Source of the DNA: Dicyema japonicum
Lineage: Eukaryota; Animalia; Dicyemida
Length of the DNA: 64,000 nt
Direction of reading: 5' to 3'
Assembly (NCBI GenBank): GCA_011109175.1
Contig: RDEW01000033.1
Coordinates: forward strand, 248,001-312,000
Numbering within the stretch: the stretch's first letter is position 1; the number at the start of each line of letters is the position of its first letter. Position numbers and translations under genes: made by a program. Positions 46,289-59,219 of this stretch are shown one piece after another. The notes under the pieces were generated by a model. That model did no database searches and had not been told where the DNA came from. It worked only from the letters and a program-made list of their open reading frames with translations.

Positions 46289-49277
46289 TAACTAACTAAA
46301 AAGGATGTTCTTACTACATTAAATGCAGTGATATCGAATTATGTGGCATCATCTCCGCTAACGATAACTGACATGATTTATGCTGCACAATGCGCATATG
46401 AAAATTTGACAAAGAAGCAATCAGTAAAAAGCTGTTAGGTGGAAATCGTGGAGAAGAGAATTGCAAAATTCAAAGATAATTGCGCCTTAGTTTATGGGTT
46501 TACTGGGAAGCAGTCAAGGGAAGAAAGGGAGAAAACGCTTGATGTTTTATGCTCGTTTGGATACAAGAAATCAAAGAAGGGAGAACTGAAAAGGATCTCT
46601 ATTCTAATTGATAACAAAATCATGGAGAAAATAATCTCAATTCATGAATCAAGAAAATCCTTTAGACGAGATAATTTTTGTTTTAAGCTGAACAAGAGGA
46701 GGTTTTATTGGAGGCTCAGCGATGACGTCATTAATAGTGATTGTAAAGTTACAGAAGATGAGTGCGTGTCATTTTGGAAAGATGTATGAGAAAAGGATCA
46801 GAATTATAAGAAGGCAGTGCCAAGGTGCAAAGGAGCAGGCTTTAATAAATCAGTGTGTTAATGCTGAACATGGAAATAGCTTATTCAAAACATGGATTGA
46901 TGTGAAGAAGGCTTTCGATTTTGTTAATCATGAATTTTTGTGTCTGGTTCTTGATTGCTCTGGAGTTCCAGAATAGATTGTGAAGTTTGTCAAGAATCTA
47001 ATAAGCAAGTGGAATGTTATTTGAACCTTAACAAAAAAAGAATTGGAAAGGTCAAACTCGGGAGAGGAATCTTGCAAAAAGACTCACTCTCTCCCCAGCT
47101 GTTTACTCTGGTAATGGACCCACTAAGCCGAATATTAAATGTAAAATTCCCGAAGATATGTATTGATCAGAGTGATCCGTCTATTGTGACATATGCAACT
47201 AACCATTTTCTTTTTATTGACGACCTGAGAATAATTTCCGAATATGAAGATACTATTCTAAAAATGATGGAGGATATTGATGAATATCTGGGTGTTATTG
47301 GCCCTAAAAGAAATTGTGAAAAGTCTGCAACTAATCTGAAATGTGCCAAAGATACAAGACAAGTTATCTGGATGGTTGTGATGGTATATCGCTATCTTGG
47401 AGTGTTAGAAGATAAAGGGAGTAAGGTTATGAAAGACAAAGTTATGGAAAAAATTGCTGAAAATGTGAAGAAAAGGATAGAGATGCTGGTGAATTCGAAA
47501 TTAAACACTGTAAACTTGTTTAAAGCGATGAATGAATACGCACTCTCGCTATATAATTATTATATTGGGCTTATCACATTGAACCACGTGAATTCGAAGC
47601 TATTGATTTAGAAATCTGCGTATACTCTCTAACTTACGAGTGCACTTAAAACCTGCAAACCAAGAAAGATTATATCTCAGCAGGAATAGTTTTGGAAGAG
47701 GATTAACCTCAATTTTGATAAGAGTGAATGCATGTTATTTCAATTTTTGACCGACCTTGAGAGGAAATCGAAGGGCAGGAATCTTGCGGGTCTTAAAACA
47801 CAGGAACACACATGACCACTATCGCAAGATTTATTGCACTCAAATACAATGTGGATGACCTATCTAACTTGAACACTGACAATATAAAGGAATATTAAAA
47901 GAAGAATTATTTGGAGAAGACTAATCAGAAATTGCTTTTACATTTAAATGTTTTGAAAATGCGAATGTTGATATCAATATATAACAGAATGGCTTACTGG
48001 GAGAAACAATAGTCCAAGGTCGGAAGCAATGTACTGCATGATACAGGACCGGAATCTGTTCTTTGAAAAGATGAAAGCAAATTGCAGTCATTGTGGTATG
48101 GTTAAAAAAGTGTGGATCACCTGGCTACACGGTGTACCAGGATGCTTAGCGGTGCGTATATGGGCGACATAATGAAGTTGTAAGATGTATACAACTACAA
48201 CTGTGTCGTCAATTTGGAATTAAAAGAACCAAGATGGTAAGGACGCATACAGTCCAATCGATTATGTCAAACAGTAAAGTTGAAATACGAATGGATACAA
48301 CACTACAAACGGATATACAAGTTAAAAATAACAAACTGATATTTTCATACACGATAAATCCAAGAACGAAATAATACTAATAGAAGTATCACTTCCCAAG
48401 ATTTGCTAAAACACGTTGAAGTGGAAAAACTCCACAAATACGACCTTCTGGCAGGAGAACTAGCACAAATTCACAAGGCCAATGTGACAATAATTCCGAT
48501 TGTTTTGACATGGGATGGAGTAGTAACAAAGTGCTACAAGTCCTATATAGAAAGACTCAACGTGGATGTCTCTACAAGGGCGTATATCCAATCAACGACG
48601 ATCAAAAAAACTTTAGAGAGCATGATAATATAGCAGAGCATGGCCTGAAAGTTGATAACTAGGATGATGAGGTTACAAGAGTGATAAATCATCTTATCTC
48701 AAGAGGATCTGAACTCGGAAGTGACGTAGAAGAGGAACCAAGAGAAACAGGTGTCTTGTCTAGTGATTTGCTTTCTCAAGTTGTATACGAGGGGAACAGT
48801 GAGGGTGATACAAAGGGCCAATGCCCAAAGAGGAGAGAATTCAGGTTGCTTAGTGTTAATTAATTAAAATTGATTTTCTTTTATTCGATTTTGAGTTATT
48901 ACCCATATTATGTTATGTTTGATTCTATTGCATTTATAGTATCATAATTTTAATTTTTTGATTCCCTCAGTTCTGACATAAATTTAAAAAATAGAATCAT
49001 ATCCCATTGGTCTTCCTTCATAAATAATTTGGATTGTGTCCTAGGACAGTAGTCTCTGAAGCTGGATAAGGGCTACAGGAGAATGTAGTGGAAAACGTCG
49101 TATGATTGGGAATCGTTCTACCCGACTAATTTTCATTCTTTTTCAGCCACTATGATGGATGTCGGTTCCTCTTAAGCAAATGAGTATCTCGTGTTATCTG
49201 TGCAGCCAAACAAAGATTTGTAAGTATCTCCAGAGGTGGATGGACTTTCATTTATGAGTTTAACTTTAAGAGTTTTT

Positions 49278-50749
49278 GATTTGGCCGATAGATATTAGGC
49301 CGACAGGAAATTCTGGTTTTAAAATTCAGAGATAAAATTCAAGATAAAAACATTTACTTAAAGGTTATGAGAAAACGCAATCAAAAATTCTATTGGTGTG
49401 TATTTATCATATTTTTCAATAATACTGTTTGTCCTTTTGTTCACATCTGGTACTTCTTTACTTGTCTTATTGTTATTGCGGCCATCACTTGTTCTAGTGA
49501 GCTCCCACTCCGACTGTTATTTCGTATTATTGCAACAAGTCGACTAACGGTTGGATGCTTTATAGACACTCATTGTGAAAAAGATCTGTGCCATCCTTCA
49601 AGTGAATTCGTAGTTCTTGGGAGGCTTCTGCCTGTCTGTCGTGTACATTCCACATTTCCAAATTAAACAATGGTCTTCTTCTCCTTCCACGTTGTCTCAA
49701 AATAGGTCAGAAAATCTCCCAACACGTCATCAGTCTCGTCATCTATAGTTTCAAGGAGCGCTCGAAAACTCTCAATACTTGAGGTACAGGAACAAATGCC
49801 AGTGCTCGAATACTTTTAATTAAGTTTTCATTTGCTGGGTCATTATACCATGTCTGCAGTCCTAGATTTTGTATTTTTCGCCATAAACACTGCCCAAAGT
49901 GAAAGTAGCAGCCATACACATTTACATTTGGAAAAATTCTGTTGATAGTATTGATCGCTCATAATCTATGGTAAATGATAGTGGATTCAATTGTGGCCTT
50001 TTCTCTTTCATGTTGAAAATATTTGTTCATACATTTGTTGAGATTTTCTCGAGCAATAGCGTACACTAATGGAACCGTACATGTTTTACATAATGTATAG
50101 TGTATAACTGAAAACCTAATGGAGCTGAATCAAAAGTACCATCACACAACCAATGTTCTTTCATAGACATAAGATCAAGGTTTCTTGCTGTTGTTAATAT
50201 AAGCAATCCATCACTATCGTGTAACACAAAATCATCTCCTCTGAGAGTACTTTTAAGTTCATCAGTTAGAACATTACCGTCTTGTATTTGATCTGTACGC
50301 TGTCGTCAAACAGTACGTGCAAGGGTTTTTTTGGGTAGCGCACAAGCAGCATCAATAGGGTATGTGCTTAAACATTTTGGATAACTGTGGATGTAGAATC
50401 TCTCGTCTCTTCTTTATCTTATTGACGGTTTTCAGCGCATGTAAACGTCCTGCATTTGGTGGATGTTCGTGTGGTGTCATAGTTCCATTAAGTTTTTTGT
50501 TAACAGTTCTTACTCTGCCTTTGCATTTTCCTTTCAGCTCACATCTCTAATATATGAAATTGTCTCTGTTTATCCTTTATGTACGCATCGCCATCATGCA
50601 GAAGTTTTCTCTTTCCACGAGTGGTTTGTGAAAATTCCATTTTTTATAGTTATTAAAATACATAGTGTATTTATTGATCATTTATGCTTAATTGAATTGT
50701 CGGCTAAACATTTTTCGGCAAATGTTTGTCGGCCAAATGTCCTAGTACC
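49278..50749 (-). mobile_element. MULE/Mutator DNA transposon with FLYWCH-type N-terminus, degenerate, imperfect TIRs
   Basis: Reads CKGRV...HEHPP, GTFDSAP, VPLVYAI, GCYFHFGQCLWRKIQ and WNVHDR...LPRTTNSLEGWHRSF. The ends carry inverted tttggccga repeats (49278-49305 and 50698-50749). Confidence 0.85.
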
Positions 50750-50899
50750 ACCAACACTACTCAAAGATCAACCAACTTTCTTATTCATCTTTCCTATTAT
50801 TTTATTAAGTGAAAATAATTGATAGCTTTTAAGAATTTTTCAACAAATTTATTTAAATCAAAAAATAAGTTAACAACTACTGGCAGCTCTCATAATTAA

Positions 50900-51200
50900 G
50901 AACGAATTTCCCCTGACGATTTGCAAGGAAATGCGCTCAATGAGCCAGCTCCTTTCTCTCCTATCCATTTTTCTTTTTCGCGATGAGCGATCCGATTCTG
51001 TTTAGCAGGATCAGTGACTTGCATCCTATGATTCCTGACGTTTTCACTGCGAATGGCTCAAGAATGAACTGTCCATCAAGATATTTCTTTAACTTTAGGA
51101 AGATCTCAGCCTTCTCCGAAGCAGAGCCTGGTTTAGTTGCTGTCGTTGAAAGGTTGGAGGGAGATAGGCTATCGACACAGGTGGTGTCCCAGACTGCGTA
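50900..51200 (-). mobile_element. CRE-like RLE endonuclease C-terminal fragment
   Basis: Reads VWDTTCVDSLSPS...EPFAVKTSG...SWLIERISLQIVRGNS. Confidence 0.8.
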
Positions 51201-52289
51201 AAACAGTCATAAAAACATATAAAGCAGAACATACCAACTTCTGTATAGAGGATGTAGCATAGGAAAAATCTTGGATACGACATAGTATCAATCTACCATT
51301 GTGGGAACTTCCAGGGGAGTAAAAAAGAGATAGATCTTTTTGGATGCCGGCCAGACCATTGCTATTCGTGAGTTTGAAAGTGTCGGTCATACCGATATTA
51401 ACCAGTAGGAAGATAAGGATTGATCTTTAGGGGTCCTCTCTTCAGTTATATTGGATCAGAGAGATGTCATAAACAAAATATTTCCCGCATAAGAATTTTT
51501 TCATCAACCGTGTCAGCTCAACTAAGACTCGGTTTGAGATATTTGAGATAGTAAAGCTTCATTCAATATGATGTATGAGACCATTGATGTCAAAAAATAT
51601 ATGGTTCAGGTGGTATTTGAATTCCCTCATTAAGACAATCTGAGGGTTTAGATGGAATAAGCAGTCCACACAAAATCGCCCCTGGGAAAGCCAAATATAA
51701 AACTCCATAATTTTAGATAGAGAGCAAATAAGGCTATAGAAAACAGTTTAACGGATCCTTCCTTACATCTTACGCTAATAGAGATCTTATAGCAATTATG
51801 GGCATATCTGAATTTCATAATAATTTCTTTACATTCAATATTGAGCCTGCACACATAATCTCAGAGCTCTATTTCAACACATTTTTGAAATTCTTTGATA
51901 AACGAGGATTGTCCTTTAGTGAACAAACAACGGAGGTCACAACTGTTAATAGAGAAACCCAATTGACAGATGATAAACGGAAAGAACAAAGAAAGTCGGT
52001 TTACTACTCGGCGATTGGGAAGATGTTGAGTGAAGGAAAATGTATCGATTCTTGCACTTGAAGAATAAAGTTAACATGGCTAAAATATTCACACTTCTCA
52101 ACACCCATAAAGGTTTATACATTTATTCTGCCTATTTTGCTATACAACTCAGGAACGTGGTGATTGAATAGATTAGATTTTTGGTGCAATTAATAATGGT
52201 AAATTATAATGTAAAATTTACTGTGGTTATAAAACAATTATTGTGGTTAAATATCAATAATAAAGCAAATATCCGACTTAGAGCAGAAA

Positions 52290-53029
52290 ATGAAAATAGT
52301 GACTACGATTGTTATAATTTTGAATCTTATAATATTAGCTGTTACCGTTGACATGTAATAATAGATAATCACTGGATTCGGGTTATGTTCGAGTGCAATA
52401 ATTTTGAACAAGACACAAAAGAACGATATGTTGAATGTAAACTACATAAAGACACCCGGGGCTTTAATCTTAATTGCTTCACTGATAGCGACTGTGGGAC
52501 TAATTTCAGGAATTTTGTATTGTATTAAAAAACGAGGAAGATTGTACAAGTTAATTGTAAATATTAAAATGACACTGATTAGTTTTCATTCTGTCTATTC
52601 CTGGTATTTGCCTTCGTTTTGTCGGGGACAATATTATTAGCTGTGAATAAACCAATGGTTTGTAGGATTTAATATTTAGATAATGAATCTTCTTACTAAA
52701 CAAATCCAAAAAATTGTCAAAAATTATGAAATCAATAAATCCGACGTCGACTTTTATCAAACAGAATTCAAATGCTGTGGTGCCGCTAATTTTTTCAGAT
52801 TATAATGCTCTAATACTACCATCGAGCTGTTGTCCTCAAGTCAATTGCAATGTACTCAATGCATATCCAATAGTATTAGTGAATTGTAATATAGGGATGT
52901 GTTACAAAATTTGAAAACTTTGTTGATAAAAATAAATTATATTTCATCATCATAGCAGTCGTCATTTCAATTATAACGTTAAGCGGAATAATTGTCGGAT
53001 ATAGAAGATATAATCTACTTAAAGTATAA
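52290..53029 (+). CDS. Tetraspanin, about 210 aa, 4 introns of 22-26 nt, one +1 homopolymer shift at about 52790
   Basis: Four hydrophobic helices. EC2 contains QTEFKCCG, LPSSCC, C..LNAY and GC. Stop TAA at 53027-53029. Confidence 0.88.
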
Positions 53030-53366
53030 TTCTAACATTATCTCTAACATCTTTCCCTTATAATTTGTTTCAAACTGTTGAGTTTCTCCAAAAAAGGCTA
53101 AAGATTCCCAAATTATTTATTTAAAAAATTATCGAATTCTTGAAACCCTTCTAAATTGGCAAAAGATTGGTTTACAAATAAGTATATGTCACGGGAATAT
53201 ATCGTTCATACATTCCTAAAGTATTACTTAAAATTTGCAAATTCAATTTTGTTCCACTAAACATTCCTCCGCTATTTTAGTGAAAGTGTTCTATATTTTG
53301 GATTCTTTTAGTAAGAGCTACTCTTCCTATTTCCCAGATATTTAAATTATTACGCTTTTTCATCAT

Positions 53367-53830
53367 ATGTTATGTTATGTTGTCCAATTAAGTCGTGTCC
53401 GACCCTTGGAGATCTCATGATCGAGTTTCCTCCACTCTCCCCGATCCGTTGCAATTTGGAGTAGCCTTGATATAGGTATTCCCGTGACGTCTCCACCGTG
53501 GATAGCCACCGAGTCCTCGGTCGACCAGGTCTTCTCTTCCCAGTAATATTGCTCAGCATAATGGTTCTTTCTAGTGAATCAAAGCGGACAACATGCCCAA
53601 AGAACGCCAATTTGTGTTTTACGATTCTTCCTTCTAGCAAAATGTCTGTCTCTACCCGTTTTAGTACATCGATGTTTGTTATTTTGAAGTCCAAAGGATT
53701 CTTAGTAACCTCCTCTAGCACCACAGCTCAAAAGCATCAATTTTTCGTCTATCCGCCTTTTTCAATATCCATGATTCTGCGCCGTATAGAAAAACCAACC
53801 ATCATATGGTTAAGTCAACTAAATACTTTT
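53367..53830 (-). mobile_element. RTE 3' end with (CATAA)n tail
   Basis: Reads LYGAESWILKKADRRKIDAFELWC*RRLLRILWTSKITN...GRPRTRW. High identity to 17616-17945. Confidence 0.88.
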
Positions 53831-54164
53831 TCAACCCAATATGATGTTGGAAGACATAGAATAGTTTGAGGACTTGTAGATATAATGAAGTTAGTTTTAT
53901 CCTTTTGTTATGGTTTTGGTTTAGACTTCTAAAAATCATTATCTTTTCCTTGTGATTGGAGATGCTTTTGTTCTACTAAACTTGATGCCTTCATTGCTTC
54001 GTTAGAAAAATCGGCAAATCATTGCAAAACACAAGGTTTAAGTTGATCTTTTGGATTTTGAATAAAACCATAAGATAAATAGTTATCTTTATATTCTCTA
54101 TTTTTTATCAACATAAATTAATCATTAACAAAGTAAAACGACAAAATTATCTAATTAAGTGGAT

Positions 54165-56050
54165 TTTACTTGGTTAAAGTGGTGACGTGCATCACTTACC
54201 TCATTCTAAAGCGACGCTTTGGAATTTCCAGAGCACTGGCACCACGTACGCAGAGCAGGAACTTTGCCTCGGAGACTCTATCTGTTTTCGGTGATACCCG
54301 TAAAAAGTACGATGTTAGTTCTCTATATAATCTTTATTTTTAACAAGTCCCATCAAAAAGTTGCACCCTTTCAAGAGTGATCAAGAGAGTCTGCCGATAC
54401 TACAGTGTGAATGATAGAATCGGGTGTTGCAATTGAAACTGGATGACCTCAACCGTCGAATAAATACCTAACTATAATAAACGTTTACGCCCCTCACAGT
54501 GGATGGCTTAATAAAAACCCTGAGGAGATTGATGACTTTTACACCAGTCTTTATGCCGTCTTCTCCAAGTATGCTCTCTCAACATTAGTAATGATCGCAG
54601 GAGACCTAAATGCAAAAGTTGGGACCCAGGTTACGACCGATGAGACATTCATGGGAAGGCATGGTAGGGGGAAAGAAATCTCCCGGGAACCCTACTAGCT
54701 AACTTCTGTCAAACGAACAGCTTATTTTTATGCAACACAGCCTTCATGCATCCAGCTAACCATAAATCAACGTGGTCTGGATAGAACAAATTCTAAGGGC
54801 GAGTAATCAACATGTACAACCAAATTGACTACATCATTTGCAGACAGAAGGATCGAGGGATTATACTTGATGCACGAGCTTATGGTGGATCGATTATCGA
54901 CAGCGACCACAAAATGGTTATTGCTAGACTTTCTCTAAAGAGATTTAATATACTACAAAGAACCAAATGGAAGCACATTGAAACCACAGAACCCAACTCT
55001 AGACGTTATAACTTGGAATCCTTAATCAGTCAATCAGAAGGGGCGTAGCATTCAAAGAATATCTGGATGCAGAACTAGAAAACATGCCTACAGATTTGCC
55101 GCCCGGAAAATCCTGGGATTTGTAAAGCAGTCAATACACAAAGGAGCCAATCTGCATCTATTGAAAGAATATGAGAAAATCCCATCGCACAATGACATGT
55201 ACACGGTGAAGGACCTTGCCAATAAACAGAAGACCATATGGATGCTATATCAAAATACTGACGATTCGAACGTAAAATCAAAATTGCGGATAGAAAGAAA
55301 AACCATCAAAGCAAAAATAAAAAAAACTATACGTCAGAATAACAGAAATAGAGCACTGGACCAGATTAAGAAGATAGAATCTCTCAAGGACAACGCTAAA
55401 TTCTACGAGGCTGTTAAACAGATAAAAGGAAAAAGACCCCATCAACCGATAATGATAAGAGATGACAAAGGAACGCAGATTGTGGACCAAAGGAAGTGGC
55501 GGAAATTATCGATGCCCACTTTGGAAAACTTTTTGATCCACGGAACGACACTATCATCCTAGAACGAGGAAAATTGGACGATGCAATCACACCATATGAA
55601 GTTGAAATTACGAGTTCCAAGTTGAAAAACAACAGGACTCCTGGCCCTGACGGACTCGGTGGTGAATTTTTCAAATATGGAACCCAAAAGCTGTATGAAT
55701 GCATCGCTAGGATCTTGAACGAAATGTACTATTATGGTCACACGCTGACCCTGGGAGAGAGTATCTTGATACCTGTACAGAAGGCGAATAAACCAAGAGC
55801 TAAGGTGGAGAACCTCCGTCCAGTCATATTAATGAATTCACTTCGGAAAATTCTGGCGAACATAACATTACAAAGGATGGAAGGACGCCTAGATACTTTT
55901 CTGTCGCTATACCACAGCGGATTCCGAAAAGGAAGATCTACTTCCGATGTTTTGTGGTCCCACAAGTGGAGATCTGCGGCCGTTCAAAAGTTCAAAATGT
56001 CTACAACCATCCTCGGAATCGACATTTCGAGGGCCTTTGACGACTTTTTT
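54165..56050 (+). mobile_element. RTE-clade element, 5' end + APE + N-terminal RT, 3'-truncated
   Basis: Reads MIAGDLNAKVG, NQIDYIICR, SDHKMVIA, RTPGPDGL, LRPVILMNSLRKIL, HSGFRKGRST and GIDISRAFD. Confidence 0.9.
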
Positions 56051-56094
56051 TAATAGCAGCATGCAAGGAAGAAATGAAAATCTATTGAGTTGCA

Positions 56095-56420
56095 TCTATT
56101 GAGTTGCACGGACACAAAATAGTTGCTTTTATGAAAAAACTACAAATATGGAAACGACATATCACGAATGGTTCCGTATAAAATGAAAAATGTCAATAGG
56201 GTTCCGTGCTCTCAAAAAAATTGGGAACCACTGCTCTATGTCGTTATCGAATGAAGCTAAATTGCTTGAGATGGATTGAACGTACCTGGACGTGTTGGAA
56301 GGTCTGGACGAATTCGAAACTCATAAATGTTAAAATATCCTAAGTAAGCAAAAGAATCGATAAATTGGTGAACACAAAAGCAGTTGATTTAAGGCTATTA
56401 ATGACCACGTGCTGTCTCTA
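56095..56420 (+). mobile_element. Possible hAT (Buster/SPIN-like) transposase remnant
   Basis: HKIVAFMKKLQIWKRHITNG resembles the Buster-type KIxAFxxKLxLWK motif. The remainder is degenerate. Confidence 0.4.
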
Positions 56421-57399
56421 CAACTATTGAAATTATTAAGGCGGAGTCATGTGAATATGAAATAATCAATACAACCATCTGTAATTTATTGATTAAGTGT
56501 ACATCTCAAACCTGCATGCCACCAGAAATTATTTTTACCAAACAACTACCATGGAAGAAATTTAACTTCAATCACTTCTTTGAGAAGATGTTGTTAGGTT
56601 TTTTTAATCAAAACTCATGAGTGCGGTGCAAAAATTGCCCAATTCTTCAGGGCGAAATTATAGAGAAAACATGTCTGACTATTACTGAAGAATTTGTACA
56701 GCATAAGTATTCTGTTGATACTTCAGCCTTTGGTATTAAGTTATTGTACAGAAAGGAAACCTTATGAATCAGATTGAAGAAAATAGTTCGCATTCCGTCA
56801 TGTACAACATGTTTCTCAACATTTTTTTGTAATTAATAAATTTTCAGGCCTGTCAATAATTTATTTTTCTATTTCGTTTAATTTTATAACCACGTTAAAC
56901 ACAATGGATATCGCAGTTTGGATCAGGGGAAATAATAGTGTTCAGCTCATATAATTTTTTGAATATCGAATCTGGGGAAGAAGACATTTTTTAGAAAAAT
57001 TGAAATAGATATGAATCAAATTTCAAAATCGGTAACGAGAGGACACTTGATTGGTTTATCGAATAATAAATTATTCTTTATCACTCTAACCGCCAACTCC
57101 TCCTAATCGCCAGTTTTTTATAATTTTCAAATTGGCGGTTAGAAGTCTTACTGTATAATATAAGGTTTTCCGACCAATATCGTCACTTTCTAATCATTAA
57201 AATGGGATAAGGGTAAATATATTTTTGGATAAAAGAACATTTTCATAATGAAGTCGGATTTTCAGAATCGTAGTGAAGGCACTTACGGAAATCAGTGGGA
57301 TCGCTGGTGGACATTTAAGAAGAATTCAGAAATTGTTAGAAGATCATTAATTACTTGATTTTAACACCTTCTTCCTCGGTTTTTAAATAAAGTTAAGTA

Positions 57400-58140
57400 T
57401 TAGAAAAAGAATAGTAGAATCAAATCCTATGGGCCTTCCTGCAAAATCAAATAAAAAAGATAGTACAGTAGAAACAGGACCGTCGTCTGTGGGGCTGGAT
57501 GATGTCACAAGAACTAATATCAACATTGTTGGGAATATTGCTGCCAAAACCAACTTGCATTCGCTATCTGCCATCATCGAAAAGGTCCATTGTGTCTCTG
57601 AAGCTGAGTGGGTATCTCAGATTTTTCTTGCCACGAGCAAAGATTCGGAAAGATACCTAGAGGTAGCTCGAACCTCGTACTTAAAGTTCAATGAAAAGTA
57701 CTCCATAGAGTTCTAGCCTATGTCAGCTAGAAAAGATGCTGATACCTGAAAATCAGAATAACAATGAAAAATGTTTCAAAGTGCAAAATAATACTAATGT
57801 GGAAATTTCCACCTTCAGAAATTGCCTTGAGAAACTAAAAGTACAAATTGAGAAAATTAAGTCAATTTCGAGGGATACTCGAAAGCCAACACCCAAAATT
57901 CAGAGAAAATATGTCAGAGTTAATGTTTTGTCGGGACTAAATTCTGCAATATATTACGAAAGATAATCCGCCTCAAGAAATCAATCAAATTACTGATATT
58001 CTATATGCTGCACAGTGTGCTTATATGGTTTAACTGCAAAGACTCTAACAGAGATATTTCAACTGAATCTGATGTGGAGACGAGGAGTAACATGGAGTTT
58101 ATGGCACACTCTTTTTCTAAGAGAAGAAGGATAATAGTAA
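57400..58140 (+). mobile_element. Internally deleted R4-like derivative (5' ORF piece joined to the 3' end)
   Basis: TDILYAAQCAY at about 57985-58025 is followed directly by gactctaa...actgaatctgatgtggaga...tggcacactct, which matches the family 3' end at 11907-11980. Confidence 0.6.
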
Positions 58141-58183
58141 TAATTGACTAACTGATTAAAGCCGACCATGAGTAATTAAAATG

Positions 58184-58188
58184 AAAAA
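58184..58188 (-). terminator. Pol III terminator (TTTTT) of tRNA-Pro
   Basis: T5 run 2 nt downstream of the tRNA 3' end on the minus strand. Confidence 0.75.
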
Positions 58189-58190
58189 GA

Positions 58191-58262
58191 GGGCCTCGCC
58201 GGGAATTGAACCCGGGACCTCTCCCACCCTAAGAGAGAATCATACCACTAGACCACAAGGCC
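58191..58262 (-). tRNA. trnP-AGG: tRNA-Pro, anticodon AGG
   Basis: GGCCTTG...CGAGGCC acceptor stem, D-loop AGTGGT, anticodon arm CTCTC-TTAGGGT-GGGAG and T-arm CCGGG-TTCAATT-CCCGG; 72 nt. Confidence 0.97.
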
Positions 58263-58760
58263 GCCTAAACTTTGCCCGCTAGATTATGTAGGTCTTGACA
58301 GGGAGATACCATATGACCTATGTGCTTAGGATTAGTAACCGATTTATTTCCAGCGATTAAAATGAAGAAATGCCATGTGCTTATTTCAGTCAATTTTTAC
58401 GGAGACGTTGAAAGTTCTTGACTGTCACAATAGAATCTATCTAAATAATCGGGGCTTTTGTATGACCACGGAAGGGAAACCCTAGAACTACATGATGACT
58501 CATCCAAAAATTGGCCTCGTGATTGGTTTACTCTTAATCCATGCTTAGTCCGCAAGTTATAGAGCCCAATAGTATTAAATTTAGTGTTTGTAAAATAATT
58601 ATAGTAAACTTACCAAACATTTATGTGTTTCTACCATTTTACTATAAAATAGAAATTGTATGATGTGATCAACCATTTCATTGGAGAGGTTCCCACAAAT
58701 GCAATGAGTCTGTTGGCTCTGAATGGATTTGTGTGAATGTATTTAATTAGTTATTAACTA

Positions 58761-59219
58761 TTGACAAGGATAAAGAAAAAACATTTATTGGTTGAGGTGA
58801 CAACGCCTCTAGTGCACTATGTCTTATTCGTATTCCTTATCGACTTCTCCGTTAACTCAGGATCTTTTAATTGCAGAGGACTTAAACAACCTTACAAGAT
58901 ACACCAACTGGCAGGCGATCTAACAAAATATGACATCTCTGTCTGCTGTCTACAAGAAACAAAAACGACCGTACAATTTACAGAACTGTTTAGAAAATTC
59001 CACCTTATTACCCTCTCATCGGCCTGCCGACATTATGGTCTCGGATTTGCACTCCATCAGGACCTGATTCACTGTGTTATAAGAGTGTGGACAGCTAACA
59101 TTATAATGGAAATGTCAGACGACCTAGACTACCTAAGAGAACTAGCGCGCAACAGAGGATCATGGCCGAAGCTGACGGAGATGATGATTAGGAATACGGC
59201 ACAAGAGAAACTTAACTAA
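58761..59219 (+). mobile_element. RTE deletion derivative: APE N-terminus fused in frame to the RTE C-terminal tail (152-codon ORF)
   Basis: Reads GSFNCRGLK...CCLQETK...HYGLGFAL (APE), then DDLDYLRELARNRGSW (RTE terminal motif). Confidence 0.7.

Larger units (their letters stand above)
44467..46296 (+). mobile_element. 5'-truncated LINE 3' end with (TAAC)n tail and perfect 15-bp TSD; contains the pogo element
   Basis: TAAAAAGGATGTTCT occurs at 44452-44466 and 46297-46311. The body 44467-44833 is homologous to 6020-6360. The tail cttaacTA...TAactaact is split by pogo. Confidence 0.9.
44430..48870 (+). mobile_element. Near full-length R4/Dong-like RLE retrotransposon, interrupted at its 5' end by nested elements
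   Basis: IPYKLLKKDVLTTLN is restored across the insertion. Also IYAAQCAY, GAKEQALIN, DVKKAFD, RGILQKDSLSP, NHFLFIDDL, YRYLGV, CSHC..DHLATRC, EKLHKYDLLA and IIPIVLTWDG. Confidence 0.92.

Noticed and set aside
57085-57156. Tigger-like TIR (TA-cagtaagacttctaaccgccaa on the minus strand)
   Set aside because: No partner TIR or recognisable transposase was found in the window; probably a solo end.
58288-58325. gacagggagataccat resembles U1 snRNA stem I
   Set aside because: The essential 5' ATACTTACCTG is absent, the downstream sequence does not match U1, and there is no Sm site.
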